Positions 11,418 through 21,526 of a stretch of DNA of 64,000 nt are shown piece by piece. The stretch is from NCBI RefSeq assembly GCF_003790525.1, contig NZ_CP033635.1; one strand, 5' to 3'. Both the position numbers and the translations under genes were made by a program. The stretch's first letter is position 1. Each line of letters begins with the position of its first letter. Source of the DNA: Escherichia coli (lineage in GTDB: Bacteria > Pseudomonadota > Gammaproteobacteria > Enterobacterales > Enterobacteriaceae). The notes beneath the pieces are model-generated. The model was not told the DNA's origin, did no database searches, and saw nothing but the letters and a program-made list of their open reading frames with translations.

Positions 11418-11431
11418 CTACACTCCAACGC

Positions 11432-12031
11432 ATGAACAAACACACCGAACATGATACTCGCGAACATCTCCTGGCGACGGGCGAGCAACTTTGCCTGCAA
11501 CGTGGATTCACCGGGATGGGGCTAAGCGAACTCCTAAAAACTGCTGAAGTGCCGAAAGGGTCCTTCTATCACTACTTTCGCTCTAAAGAAGCGTTTGGCG
11601 TTGCCATGCTTGAGCGCCATTACGCCGCATATCACCAGCGACTGACTGAGTTGCTGCAATCCGGCGAAGGTAACTACCGCGACCGCATACTGGCTTATTA
11701 CCAGCAAACACTGAACCAGTTTTGCCAACATGGAACCATCAGTGGTTGCCTGACAGTAAAACTCTCTGCCGAAGTGTGCGATCTGTCAGAAGATATGCGT
11801 AGCGCGATGGATAAAGGCGCTCGCGGCGTGATCGCCCTGCTCTCGCAGGCGCTGGAAAATGGCCGTGATAGCCATTGTTTAACCTTTTGTGGCGAACCGC
11901 TGCAACAGGCACAAGTGCTTTACGCACTGTGGCTGGGTGCGAATCTGCAGGCCAAAATTTCGCGCAATTACGAGCCACTGGAAAACGCGCTGGCACATGT
12001 AAAAACCATTATTGCGACGCCTGCCGTTTAG
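11432..12031 (+). CDS. nemR: TetR-family electrophile-sensing repressor
   Basis: 199 aa ORF MNKHTEHDTREHLLATGEQLCLQRGF... recognised as NemR. Confidence 0.93.
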   Translation: MNKHTEHDTREHLLATGEQLCLQRGFTGMGLSELLKTAEVPKGSFYHYFRSKEAFGVAMLERHYAAYHQRLTELLQSGEGNYRDRILAYYQQTLNQFCQHGTISGCLTVKLSAEVCDLSEDMRSAMDKGARGVIALLSQALENGRDSHCLTFCGEPLQQAQVLYALWLGANLQAKISRNYEPLENALAHVKTIIATPAV

Positions 12032-12067
12032 CAGGCATTTTTTATCACCAGACGACCGGGAGCCTTT

Positions 12068-13165
12068 ATGTCATCTGAAAAACTGTATTCCCCACTGAAA
12101 GTGGGCGCGATCACGGCGGCAAACCGTATTTTTATGGCACCGCTGACGCGTCTTCGCAGTATTGAACCGGGTGACATCCCTACCCCGTTGATGGCGGAAT
12201 ACTATCGCCAACGTGCCAGTGCCGGTTTGATTATTAGCGAAGCCACGCAAATTTCTGCCCAGGCAAAAGGGTATGCTGGTGCACCTGGCATCCATAGTCC
12301 GGAACAAATTGCCGCATGGAAAAAAATTACCGCTGGCGTTCATGCTGAAAATGGTCATATGGCCGTACAGCTGTGGCACACCGGACGCATTTCTCACGCC
12401 AGCCTGCAACCTGGCGGTCAGGCACCGGTAGCGCCTTCCGCACTTAGCGCGGGAACACGTACTTCTCTGCGCGATGAAAATGGTCAGGCGATCCGTGTTG
12501 AAACATCCATGCCGCGTGCGCTTGAACTGGAAGAGATTCCGGGTATCGTCAATGATTTCCGTCAGGCCATTTCTAACGCGCGTGAAGCCGGTTTTGATCT
12601 GGTAGAGCTCCACTCTGCTCATGGTTATTTGCTGCATCAGTTCCTTTCTCCTTCTTCAAACCATCGTACCGATCAGTACGGCGGCAGCGTGGAAAATCGC
12701 GCACGTCTGGTGCTGGAAGTGGTCGATGCAGGGATTGAAGAATGGGGTGCCGATCGCATTGGCATTCGCGTTTCGCCAATCGGTACTTTCCAGAACACAG
12801 ATAACGGCCCGAATGAAGAAGCCGATGCACTGTATCTGATTGAACAACTGGGTAAACGCGGCATTGCTTATCTGCATATGTCAGAACCAGATTGGGCGGG
12901 GGGTGAGCCGTATACTGATGCGTTCCGCGAAAAAGTACGCGCCCGTTTCCACGGTCCGATTATCGGCGCAGGTGCATACACGGTAGAAAAAGCCGAAACG
13001 CTGATCGGCAAAGGGTTAATTGATGCGGTGGCATTTGGTCGTGACTGGATTGCGAACCCGGATCTGGTCGCCCGCTTGCAACGCAAAGCTGAGCTTAACC
13101 CACAGCGTGCCGAAAGTTTTTACGGTGGCGGCGCGGAAGGCTACACGGATTACCCGACGCTGTAA
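12068..13165 (+). CDS. nemA: N-ethylmaleimide reductase (Old Yellow Enzyme family)
   Basis: 365 aa [31 protein letters not shown]... recognised as NemA. Confidence 0.93.
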
Positions 13166-13245
13166 TCCAACATTGCGAGCGGCGCAAAGCCGCCGCTATA
13201 CTAAAACAACATTTTGAATCTGTTAGCCATTTTGAGGATATAAAG

Positions 13246-13653
13246 ATGCGTCTTCTTCATACCATGCTGCGCGTTGGCGATCTGCAACGCTCCATCGATT
13301 TTTATACCAAAGTACTGGGCATGAAACTGCTGCGTACCAGCGAAAACCCGGAATACAAATACTCACTGGCGTTTGTTGGCTACGGCCCGGAAACCGAAGA
13401 AGCGGTGATTGAACTGACCTACAACTGGGGCGTGGATAAATACGAACTCGGCACTGCTTATGGTCACATCGCGCTTAGCGTTGATAACGCCGCTGAAGCG
13501 TGCGAAAAAATCCGTCAAAACGGGGGTAACGTGACCCGTGAAGCGGGTCCGGTAAAAGGCGGTACTACGGTTATCGCGTTTGTGGAAGATCCGGACGGTT
13601 ACAAAATTGAGTTAATCGAAGAGAAAGACGCCGGTCGCGGTCTGGGCAACTAA
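13246..13653 (+). CDS. gloA: glyoxalase I
   Basis: 135 aa [32 protein letters not shown]... recognised as GloA. Confidence 0.95.
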
Positions 13654-13662
13654 TCTCCTGCC

Positions 13663-13690
13663 GGGCGTGAACCCATCACGCCCGCATCTT
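13663..13690 (+). terminator. possible gloA terminator hairpin
   Basis: stem gggcgtga / tcacgccc with 5-nt loop starting 10 nt after gloA stop; weak T-tract. Confidence 0.4.
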
Positions 13691-13755
13691 TACTGCATCG
13701 ACAAGTAATATTTGTCATAATGCGCGCTGCAATTTATCCGTATTAAGAGAATCAG

Positions 13756-14403
13756 ATGTCCGATAACGCTCAACTTACCGGTCTGTGCGACCGTTTTCGT
13801 GGTTTTTATCCTGTTGTGATCGATGTTGAAACAGCCGGATTTAATGCCAAAACCGATGCGCTGCTTGAGATTGCCGCCATCACCCTGAAAATGGATGAAC
13901 AAGGCTGGCTGATGCCGGACACCACATTACATTTCCACGTCGAACCATTTGTCGGCGCAAATTTGCAGCCAGAGGCCCTCGCCTTCAACGGTATTGACCC
14001 GAACGATCCCGATCGCGGCGCGGTCAGCGAATACGAGGCGCTGCACGAAATTTTTAAAGTTGTACGTAAAGGCATTAAAGCGAGCGGCTGTAACCGCGCC
14101 ATTATGGTGGCGCACAACGCCAATTTCGATCACAGCTTTATGATGGCCGCCGCAGAACGCGCCTCACTGAAACGTAACCCGTTCCACCCTTTCGCCACTT
14201 TTGACACTGCTGCACTGGCCGGGCTGGCACTCGGACAAACCGTATTGTCAAAGGCTTGCCAGACCGCTGGCATGGACTTCGACAGCACCCAGGCGCACTC
14301 CGCGCTGTACGACACCGAACGCACTGCTGTGCTGTTTTGTGAAATCGTCAACCGCTGGAAACGTCTGGGAGGCTGGCCGCTACCTGCCGCCGAAGAGGTG
14401 TAA
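13756..14403 (+). CDS. rnt: RNase T
   Basis: 215 aa [32 protein letters not shown]... DEDD exonuclease, recognised as Rnt. Confidence 0.95.
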
Positions 14404-14495
14404 TCGAGTCGATGCCTGATGACATGCAATGATTCAGGCATCTATAGTGAGGCTATTCCACGCATCATGCATGATATTCACGGGGAATAGCGTTA

Positions 14496-17400
14496 ATGGC
14501 AGATAATCTAAACCCTTCATCGCCCCTGCCGGACGTGTTTTCACCGGCGACCCGCGACTGGTTTCTTCGCGCCTTTAAACAGCCGACCGCTGTCCAGTCG
14601 CAAACCTGGCATGTGGCGGCGCGAGGCGAACATGCGCTGGTGATTGCACCGACTGGCTCCGGGAAAACGCTGGCAGCATTTCTCTACGCCCTCGATCAGC
14701 TCTTCCGCGAAGGCGGCGAAGATACCCGCGAGGCGCATAAGCGTAAAACCTCACGCATTCTCTATATTTCACCGATCAAAGCTCTGGGCACCGACGTTCA
14801 GCGCAACTTGCAGATCCCGTTACAGGGTATTGCCGATGAACGGCGGCGGCGCGGCGAAACGGAAGTCAATCTTCGCGTGGGGATCCGTACTGGCGATACG
14901 CCTGCACAGGAACGCAGCAAACTCACCCGTAATCCGCCGGATATTCTGATCACCACACCCGAATCACTCTATCTGATGCTGACCTCCCGCGCGCGCGAAA
15001 CGCTACGCGGCGTCGAAACGGTAATTATTGATGAAGTCCACGCGGTAGCGGGCAGTAAACGTGGTGCGCATCTGGCGTTAAGTCTGGAGCGGCTCGATGC
15101 GCTGCTCCACACCTCAGCACAGCGAATTGGCCTTTCTGCCACTGTACGCTCAGCCAGCGATGTGGCAGCATTTCTTGGTGGCGATCGCCCGGTTACGGTA
15201 GTCAACCCGCCCACAATGCGCCATCCGCAGATACGGATTGTCGTACCGGTCGCCAATATGGATGATGTCTCATCGGTCGCCAGCGGCACCGGCGAAGACA
15301 GCCATGCCGGCCGAGAAGGCTCCATCTGGCCATATATTGAAACGGGTATCCTTGATGAAGTTTTGCGCCATCGCTCGACCATTGTCTTTACTAATTCACG
15401 CGGGCTGGCGGAAAAACTGACGGCACGATTAAATGAGCTTTACGCCGCTCGCTTACAGCGTTCCCCGTCTATCGCCGTTGATGCGGCCCATTTCGAGTCG
15501 ACCTCCGGCGCAACCTCTAACCGTGTACAAAGTAGCGACATTTTTATTGCCCGCTCACACCACGGCTCCGTCTCTAAAGAACAACGAGCAATCACCGAAC
15601 AGGCGCTGAAATCGGGTGAATTACGCTGCGTGGTCGCAACCTCCAGTCTCGAACTGGGGATTGATATGGGCGCGGTGGATCTGGTGATTCAGGTGGCAAC
15701 GCCGCTTTCTGTTGCCAGTGGGTTACAACGCATTGGACGTGCCGGACATCAGGTTGGCGGTGTATCTAAAGGGCTTTTTTTCCCCCGAACCCGGCGTGAC
15801 TTAGTCGATTCCGCAGTCATTGTAGAGTGTATGTTCGCAGGCAGGCTGGAAAACCTGACACCACCGCATAATCCACTCGACGTCCTTGCGCAGCAAACCG
15901 TTGCCGCCGCGGCGATGGATGCATTACAGGTAGACGAATGGTACTCCCGCGTACGCCGTGCCGCACCGTGGAAAGATCTGCCAGGACGTGTTTTTGACGC
16001 CACGCTGGATATGCTTTCCGGGCGCTATCCCTCTGGCGATTTTTCTGCTTTTCGCCCCAAACTGGTCTGGAACAGGGAGACCGGGATATTGACCGCCCGA
16101 CCTGGCGCTCAATTGTTGGCGGTTACCAGCGGCGGCACCATTCCGGATCGTGGCATGTATAGCGTGTTATTACCCGAAGGTGAAGAACAGGCCGGTTCGC
16201 GGCGGGTGGGTGAACTGGATGAGGAGATGGTATATGAGTCACGGGTGAACGATATTATCACTCTTGGCGCAACCTCATGGCGGATCCAGCAAATCACCCG
16301 CGATCAGGTGATTGTGACTCCTGCTCCAGGTCGTTCTGCCCGCCTTCCCTTCTGGCGTGGTGAAGGTAACGGACGTCCGGCAGAATTAGGCGAGATGATC
16401 GGCGATTTTCTCCATTTACTGGCGGATGGCGCGTTCTTTTCCGGGACTATTCCCCCGTGGTTGGCAGAAGAAAATACGATCGCCAATATTCAGGGGTTGA
16501 TTGACGAGCAGCGCAACGCGACGGGTATCGTTCCAGGTAGTCGTCATCTTGTCCTCGAACGGTGCCGTGATGAAATTGGTGACTGGCGTATTATTTTGCA
16601 CTCTCCCTATGGAAGACGGGTGCATGAACCCTGGGCGCTGGCGATTGCCGGGCGAATACATGCACTATGGGGCGCTGACGCGTCTGTGGTTGCCAGTGAT
16701 GACGGCATTGTTGCGCGCATTCCTGACACCGATGGTAAATTGCCTGATGCCGCGATTTTTTTGTTTGAACCAGAAAAGTTGCTGCAAATTGTCCGCGAGG
16801 CGGTAGGCAGCTCGGCACTTTTCGCCGCCCGTTTTCGCGAATGCGCCGCGCGGGCATTATTAATGCCGGGCCGCACGCCGGGCCATCGCACCCCGCTCTG
16901 GCAACAACGACTGCGCGCCAGTCAGTTGCTGGAAATCGCTCAGGGATATCCGGATTTTCCGGTCATTCTCGAAACCCTACGCGAATGTCTGCAAGATGTT
17001 TATGATCTTCCCGCGCTGGAACGTTTGATGCGTCGCCTGAACGGTGGCGAAATTCAAATATCCGATGTGACGACCACTACGCCCTCGCCTTTCGCCGCCA
17101 GTTTATTGTTCGGCTATGTCGCGGAATTTATGTACCAGAGCGACGCCCCGCTGGCAGAGCGCCGGGCATCCGTACTGTCGCTGGACAGCGAGTTACTGCG
17201 CAATCTACTCGGACAGGTCGAACCGGGGGAATTACTCGACCCGCAGGTCATTCGCCAGGTGGAAGAAGAGTTGCAACGACTGGCACCTGGCAGAAGAGCG
17301 AAAGGTGAAGAAGGATTGTTCGACCTGCTGCGCGAACTGGGGCCAATGACCGTTGAAGACCTGGCGCAACGGCATACAGGCAGCAGTGAAGAGATTGCGT

Positions 17401-19112
17401 CGTATCTGGAAAATCTTCTTGCAGTAAAACGAATCTTCCCGACGATGATTAGCGGGCAGGAGCGTCTTGCCTGTATGGATGATGCCGCCAGGCTGCGCGA
17501 TGCCCTCGGCGTACGACTACCAGAGTCACTGCCAGAGATTTATTTGCACCGAGTCAGTTACCCGCTTCGCGACCTCTTTCTGCGCTATCTCCGGGCTCAT
17601 GCTCTGGTCACGGCTGAACAACTGGCTCATGAGTTTAGTCTCGGTATTGCCATTGTCGAAGAGCAACTTCAGCAACTGCGCGAACAGGGTCTGGTGATGA
17701 ATCTGCAACAAGACATCTGGGTGAGCGATGAAGTATTTCGTCGTCTGCGTTTGCGCTCGCTGCAAGCCGCCAGAGAAGCGACACGTCCCGTTGCGGCCAC
17801 GACCTATGCGCGATTGCTGCTGGAACGTCAGGGCGTATTACCCGCCACCGATGGTAGCCCGGCACTCTTTGCCTCAACATCGCCAGGCGTTTATGAGGGC
17901 GTGGATGGCGTGATGCGGGTGATCGAACAGCTTGCAGGAGTCGGTTTACCCGCCTCACTCTGGGAAAGCCAGATCCTGCCTGCCCGCGTACGCGACTATT
18001 CGCCAGAAATGCTCGATGAATTACTGGCAACCGGAGCGGTTATCTGGTCGGGACAAAAAAAGCTGGGTGAAGATGACGGCCTGGTGGCACTGCATCTACA
18101 GGAATATGCCGCAGAATCGTTCACTCCCGCCGAAGCAGATCAGGCGAATCGTTCGGCGCTGCAGCAAGCGATAATCGCTGTTCTGGCTGACGGAGGAGCC
18201 TGGTTTGCACAACAAATCAGCCAACGGATATGCGATAAAATCGGCGAATCGGTTGATCCCTCGGCTCTGCAAGAGGCGTTATGGGCGCTGGTCTGGCAAG
18301 GCGTCATTACCAGCGACATTTGGGCACCGTTACGCGCCCTCACCCGTAGCAGTTCCAACGCACGCACCTCGACTCGCCGCAGTCACCGGGCTCGTCGTGG
18401 GCGTCCTGTCTATACGCAACCCGTCTCGCCGCTGGTATCTTACAACACACCAAAGCTGGCCGGACGCTGGTCGTTATTGCAGGTGGAGCCACTAAACGAT
18501 ACCGAAAGGATGCTGGCGCTGGCGGAAAATATGCTCGACCGCTACGGCATCATCAGTCGTCAGGCGGTGATAGCCGAAAATATCCCTGGCGGTTTTCCAT
18601 CGATGCAAACGCTTTGTCGAAGTATGGAAGACTCCGGGCGAATTATGCGGGGTCGTTTTGTAGAAGGTCTGGGTGGCGCGCAATTCGCTGAACGTCTGAC
18701 TATTGACCGATTGCGTGACCTGGCGACACAAACCGCGCAAACGCGCCACTATACACCAGTGGCGCTCTCCGCCAACGATCCGGCTAATGTGTGGGGAAAT
18801 CTTCTGCCCTGGCCTGCACATCCGGCAACGCTGGTTCCAACGCGTCGGGCGGGTGCGCTGGTGGTCGTTTCTGGCGGCAAATTGTTACTTTATCTGGCGC
18901 AAGGTGGCAAAAAAATGCTGGTCTGGCAGGAAAAAGAGGAATTACTCGCCCCAGAGGTTTTCCACGCGCTGACTACCGCACTGCGTCGCGAACCACGGCG
19001 GCGCTTTACGCTGACAGAAGTGAATGATCTACCAGTCCGACAAACGCCGATGTTTACGCTGCTGCGTGAGGCGGGATTTTCAAGTTCGCCACAAGGGCTG
19101 GATTGGGAATAG
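14496..19112 (+). CDS. lhr: large ATP-dependent helicase Lhr
   Basis: 1538 aa ORF; Walker A APTGSGKT, DEVH box, long C-terminal extension; recognised as Lhr. Confidence 0.93.
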   Translation: MADNLNPSSPLPDVFSPATRDWFLRAFKQPTAVQSQTWHVAARGEHALVIAPTGSGKTLAAFLYALDQLFREGGEDTREAHKRKTSRILYISPIKALGTDVQRNLQIPLQGIADERRRRGETEVNLRVGIRTGDTPAQERSKLTRNPPDILITTPESLYLMLTSRARETLRGVETVIIDEVHAVAGSKRGAHLALSLERLDALLHTSAQRIGLSATVRSASDVAAFLGGDRPVTVVNPPTMRHPQIRIVVPVANMDDVSSVASGTGEDSHAGREGSIWPYIETGILDEVLRHRSTIVFTNSRGLAEKLTARLNELYAARLQRSPSIAVDAAHFESTSGATSNRVQSSDIFIARSHHGSVSKEQRAITEQALKSGELRCVVATSSLELGIDMGAVDLVIQVATPLSVASGLQRIGRAGHQVGGVSKGLFFPRTRRDLVDSAVIVECMFAGRLENLTPPHNPLDVLAQQTVAAAAMDALQVDEWYSRVRRAAPWKDLPGRVFDATLDMLSGRYPSGDFSAFRPKLVWNRETGILTARPGAQLLAVTSGGTIPDRGMYSVLLPEGEEQAGSRRVGELDEEMVYESRVNDIITLGATSWRIQQITRDQVIVTPAPGRSARLPFWRGEGNGRPAELGEMIGDFLHLLADGAFFSGTIPPWLAEENTIANIQGLIDEQRNATGIVPGSRHLVLERCRDEIGDWRIILHSPYGRRVHEPWALAIAGRIHALWGADASVVASDDGIVARIPDTDGKLPDAAIFLFEPEKLLQIVREAVGSSALFAARFRECAARALLMPGRTPGHRTPLWQQRLRASQLLEIAQGYPDFPVILETLRECLQDVYDLPALERLMRRLNGGEIQISDVTTTTPSPFAASLLFGYVAEFMYQSDAPLAERRASVLSLDSELLRNLLGQVEPGELLDPQVIRQVEEELQRLAPGRRAKGEEGLFDLLRELGPMTVEDLAQRHTGSSEEIASYLENLLAVKRIFPTMISGQERLACMDDAARLRDALGVRLPESLPEIYLHRVSYPLRDLFLRYLRAHALVTAEQLAHEFSLGIAIVEEQLQQLREQGLVMNLQQDIWVSDEVFRRLRLRSLQAAREATRPVAATTYARLLLERQGVLPATDGSPALFASTSPGVYEGVDGVMRVIEQLAGVGLPASLWESQILPARVRDYSPEMLDELLATGAVIWSGQKKLGEDDGLVALHLQEYAAESFTPAEADQANRSALQQAIIAVLADGGAWFAQQISQRICDKIGESVDPSALQEALWALVWQGVITSDIWAPLRALTRSSSNARTSTRRSHRARRGRPVYTQPVSPLVSYNTPKLAGRWSLLQVEPLNDTERMLALAENMLDRYGIISRQAVIAENIPGGFPSMQTLCRSMEDSGRIMRGRFVEGLGGAQFAERLTIDRLRDLATQTAQTRHYTPVALSANDPANVWGNLLPWPAHPATLVPTRRAGALVVVSGGKLLLYLAQGGKKMLVWQEKEELLAPEVFHALTTALRREPRRRFTLTEVNDLPVRQTPMFTLLREAGFSSSPQGLDWE

Positions 19113-19120
19113 ATAAAGAA

Positions 19121-19148
19121 CTGACGGATGCCCGTTCGCATCCGTCAG
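19121..19148. terminator. bidirectional hairpin between convergent lhr and grxD
   Basis: 10-bp stem ctgacggatg / catccgtcag with 8-nt loop between the two stop codons. Confidence 0.55.
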
Positions 19149-19162
19149 TATTGCAGGACGGA

Positions 19163-19510
19163 TTATTCAGCGTCCGGCTCTTCAGACTTGTATTTAGCGG
19201 CAGTTTCTTTGATCAACTGCTGCAGTTCGCCACGCTGATACATTTCGATCACGATATCACAACCGCCGACCAGCTCGCCGTCAACCCACAGTTGCGGGAA
19301 GGTCGGCCAGTTAGCATATTTCGGCAGTTCCGCACGAATGTCCGGATTCTGCAGGATATCAACATAGGCAAAACGTTCGCCACATGCGGCAAGCGCCTGG
19401 ACTGCCTGGGCAGAGAAACCGCAGCTCGGCAGTTTCGGTGAACCTTTCATGTACAGCAGGATCGGGTTTTCAGCAATCTGGCGTTGGATTTTTTCGATAG
19501 TGGTGCTCAT
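19163..19510 (-). CDS. grxD: monothiol glutaredoxin 4
   Basis: 115 aa ORF with CGFS active site (MSTTIEKIQRQIAENPILLYMKGSPKLPSCGFS...). Confidence 0.95.
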   Translation of the reverse strand: MSTTIEKIQRQIAENPILLYMKGSPKLPSCGFSAQAVQALAACGERFAYVDILQNPDIRAELPKYANWPTFPQLWVDGELVGGCDIVIEMYQRGELQQLIKETAAKYKSEEPDAE

Positions 19511-19844
19511 TGTCTTGCTTCCTCAAACTTCTTTACGGCAGTAATCTGACATTGTAGCGGGTCAGTGCGGCATCGGAAAATAACATTTTCATCACGCTTT
19601 TGCTATTTTATCCCTTTGTTCTATTTGTTGCATTTCAAATATTCGTTTCTTCCCTTATGCACGGCAAACTGGCGTGTTTATAACCATTTTTAGCTTTCAC
19701 TGCTGCATTTTTTTGCGCTCGCCAACGAAACGTATTTTTTAACAATAAAAGCTATTAACTTTCTCTTCTTCTATGCATTAGAATCATCAAGTTTTGTAAA
19801 TCAGACGCAGGCATGATAGACCTGCCTTAACAGAGGGACGCTCA

Positions 19845-20672
19845 GTGGCGCGGATAAACCGTATTTCGATCACGCTCTGTGCTTTACTTTTTACCACCCT
19901 GCCTTTAACGCCTATGGCCCATGCTTCAAAGCAAGCCAGGGAGAGTTCTGCTACTACTCATATCACCAAAAAAGCAGATAAAAAGAAAAGCACGGCAACC
20001 ACCAAAAAGACCCAGAAAGCCAGCCAGAAAACAGCGAAAAAAGCCGCCAGTAAAAGTACGATCAAAGGCAAAACCGCTTCTTCCGTTAAAAAATCTTCCA
20101 TTACCGCTTCTAAAAACGCCAAAACTCGCAGCAAACACGCCGTCAATAAAACGGCCTCAGCCAACTTTACCGAAAAGTGTACCAAACGTAAGGGCTATAA
20201 ATCGCATTGTGTGAAAGTCAAAAATGCCGCGTCAGGAACCCTTGCCGACGCGCACAAAGCGAAGGTGCAAAAAGCCACGAAAGTGGCAATGAATAAACTG
20301 ATGCAGCAAATTGGTAAGCCATATCGTTGGGGCGGCAGCTCACCGCGTACCGGTTTTGATTGCAGCGGCCTGGTTTATTACGCTTATAAAGATTTGGTGA
20401 AAATTCGTATTCCGCGTACGGCGAATGAAATGTATCACCTGCGAGATGCAGCGCCAATCGAACGTAGTGAACTGAAAAACGGCGACCTGGTCTTTTTCCG
20501 TACTCAGGGACGCGGTACAGCCGATCATGTCGGCGTATATGTCGGCAACGGCAAATTTATTCAGTCACCGCGTACGGGTCAGGAAATTCAAATCACTTCT
20601 CTCAGTGAAGACTACTGGCAGCGCCACTATGTTGGCGCTCGCCGGGTAATGACCCCAAAAACACTTCGCTAA
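19845..20672 (+). CDS. mepH: NlpC/P60 peptidoglycan DD-endopeptidase
   Basis: ORF from GTG 19845 (275 aa): signal peptide, Lys/Thr/Ala-rich low-complexity linker, C-terminal NlpC/P60 domain (DCSGLV...H); recognised as MepH (YdhO); exact start uncertain. Confidence 0.85.
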   Translation: MARINRISITLCALLFTTLPLTPMAHASKQARESSATTHITKKADKKKSTATTKKTQKASQKTAKKAASKSTIKGKTASSVKKSSITASKNAKTRSKHAVNKTASANFTEKCTKRKGYKSHCVKVKNAASGTLADAHKAKVQKATKVAMNKLMQQIGKPYRWGGSSPRTGFDCSGLVYYAYKDLVKIRIPRTANEMYHLRDAAPIERSELKNGDLVFFRTQGRGTADHVGVYVGNGKFIQSPRTGQEIQITSLSEDYWQRHYVGARRVMTPKTLR

Positions 20673-20799
20673 AACTTTACCCTGTTGTTACGGCAACAGG
20701 GTAAGTTCATCTTTTGTCTCACCTTTTAATTTGCTACCCTATCCATACGCACAATAAGGCTATTGTACGTATGCAAATTAATAATAAAGGAGAGTAGCA

Positions 20800-21381
20800 A
20801 TGTCATTCGAATTACCTGCACTACCATATGCTAAAGATGCTCTGGCACCGCACATTTCTGCGGAAACCATCGAGTATCACTACGGCAAGCATCATCAGAC
20901 TTATGTGACTAACCTGAACAACCTGATTAAAGGTACCGCGTTTGAAGGTAAATCACTGGAAGAGATTATTCGCAGCTCTGAAGGTGGCGTATTCAACAAC
21001 GCAGCTCAGGTCTGGAACCATACTTTCTACTGGAACTGCCTGGCACCGAACGCGGGTGGCGAACCGACTGGAAAAGTCGCTGAAGCTATCGCCGCATCTT
21101 TTGGCAGCTTTGCCGATTTCAAAGCTCAGTTTACTGATGCAGCGATCAAAAACTTTGGTTCTGGCTGGACCTGGCTGGTGAAAAACAGCGATGGCAAGCT
21201 GGCTATCGTTTCAACCTCTAACGCGGGTACTCCACTGACCACCGATGCAACTCCGCTGCTGACCGTTGATGTCTGGGAACACGCTTATTACATCGACTAT
21301 CGCAATGCACGTCCTGGCTATCTGGAGCACTTCTGGGCGCTGGTGAACTGGGAATTCGTAGCGAAAAATCTCGCTGCATAA
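20800..21381 (+). CDS. sodB: Fe superoxide dismutase
   Basis: 193 aa [39 protein letters not shown]... recognised as SodB. Confidence 0.96.
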   Translation: MSFELPALPYAKDALAPHISAETIEYHYGKHHQTYVTNLNNLIKGTAFEGKSLEEIIRSSEGGVFNNAAQVWNHTFYWNCLAPNAGGEPTGKVAEAIAASFGSFADFKAQFTDAAIKNFGSGWTWLVKNSDGKLAIVSTSNAGTPLTTDATPLLTVDVWEHAYYIDYRNARPGYLEHFWALVNWEFVAKNLAA

Positions 21382-21404
21382 TAACTGATGGCAAATGCAG
21401 CATT

Positions 21405-21465
21405 GCCTGATGCGCTTCGCTTACCATGCCAACACGGATGAGTCGTTAACACCGCATCCGGCAAG
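21405..21465. repeat. REP-like palindromic units downstream of sodB
   Basis: gcctgatgcgcttcgcttaccatgcc and inverted ...accgcatccggcaag resemble the REP consensus GCCKGATGCGRCG. Confidence 0.4.
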
Positions 21466-21491
21466 ATAAATCGCACGTTGCCAGCAACTGT

Positions 21492-21524
21492 AACGCAGAA
21501 GGTTATCCTTCTGCGTTTTTGTTT
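21492..21524. terminator. intrinsic terminator after sodB, abutting the ydhP stop
   Basis: stem aacgcagaagg / ccttctgcgtt, loop ttat, then TTTTTGTTT. Confidence 0.7.
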
Positions 21525-21526
21525 AA

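Noticed and set aside
14410-14442. Stem-loop (gatgcctga ... tcaggcatc) between rnt and lhr
   Set aside because: Large 14-nt loop and no T-tract; rnt and lhr are probably co-transcribed, so this is unlikely to be a terminator and I could not assign another function.
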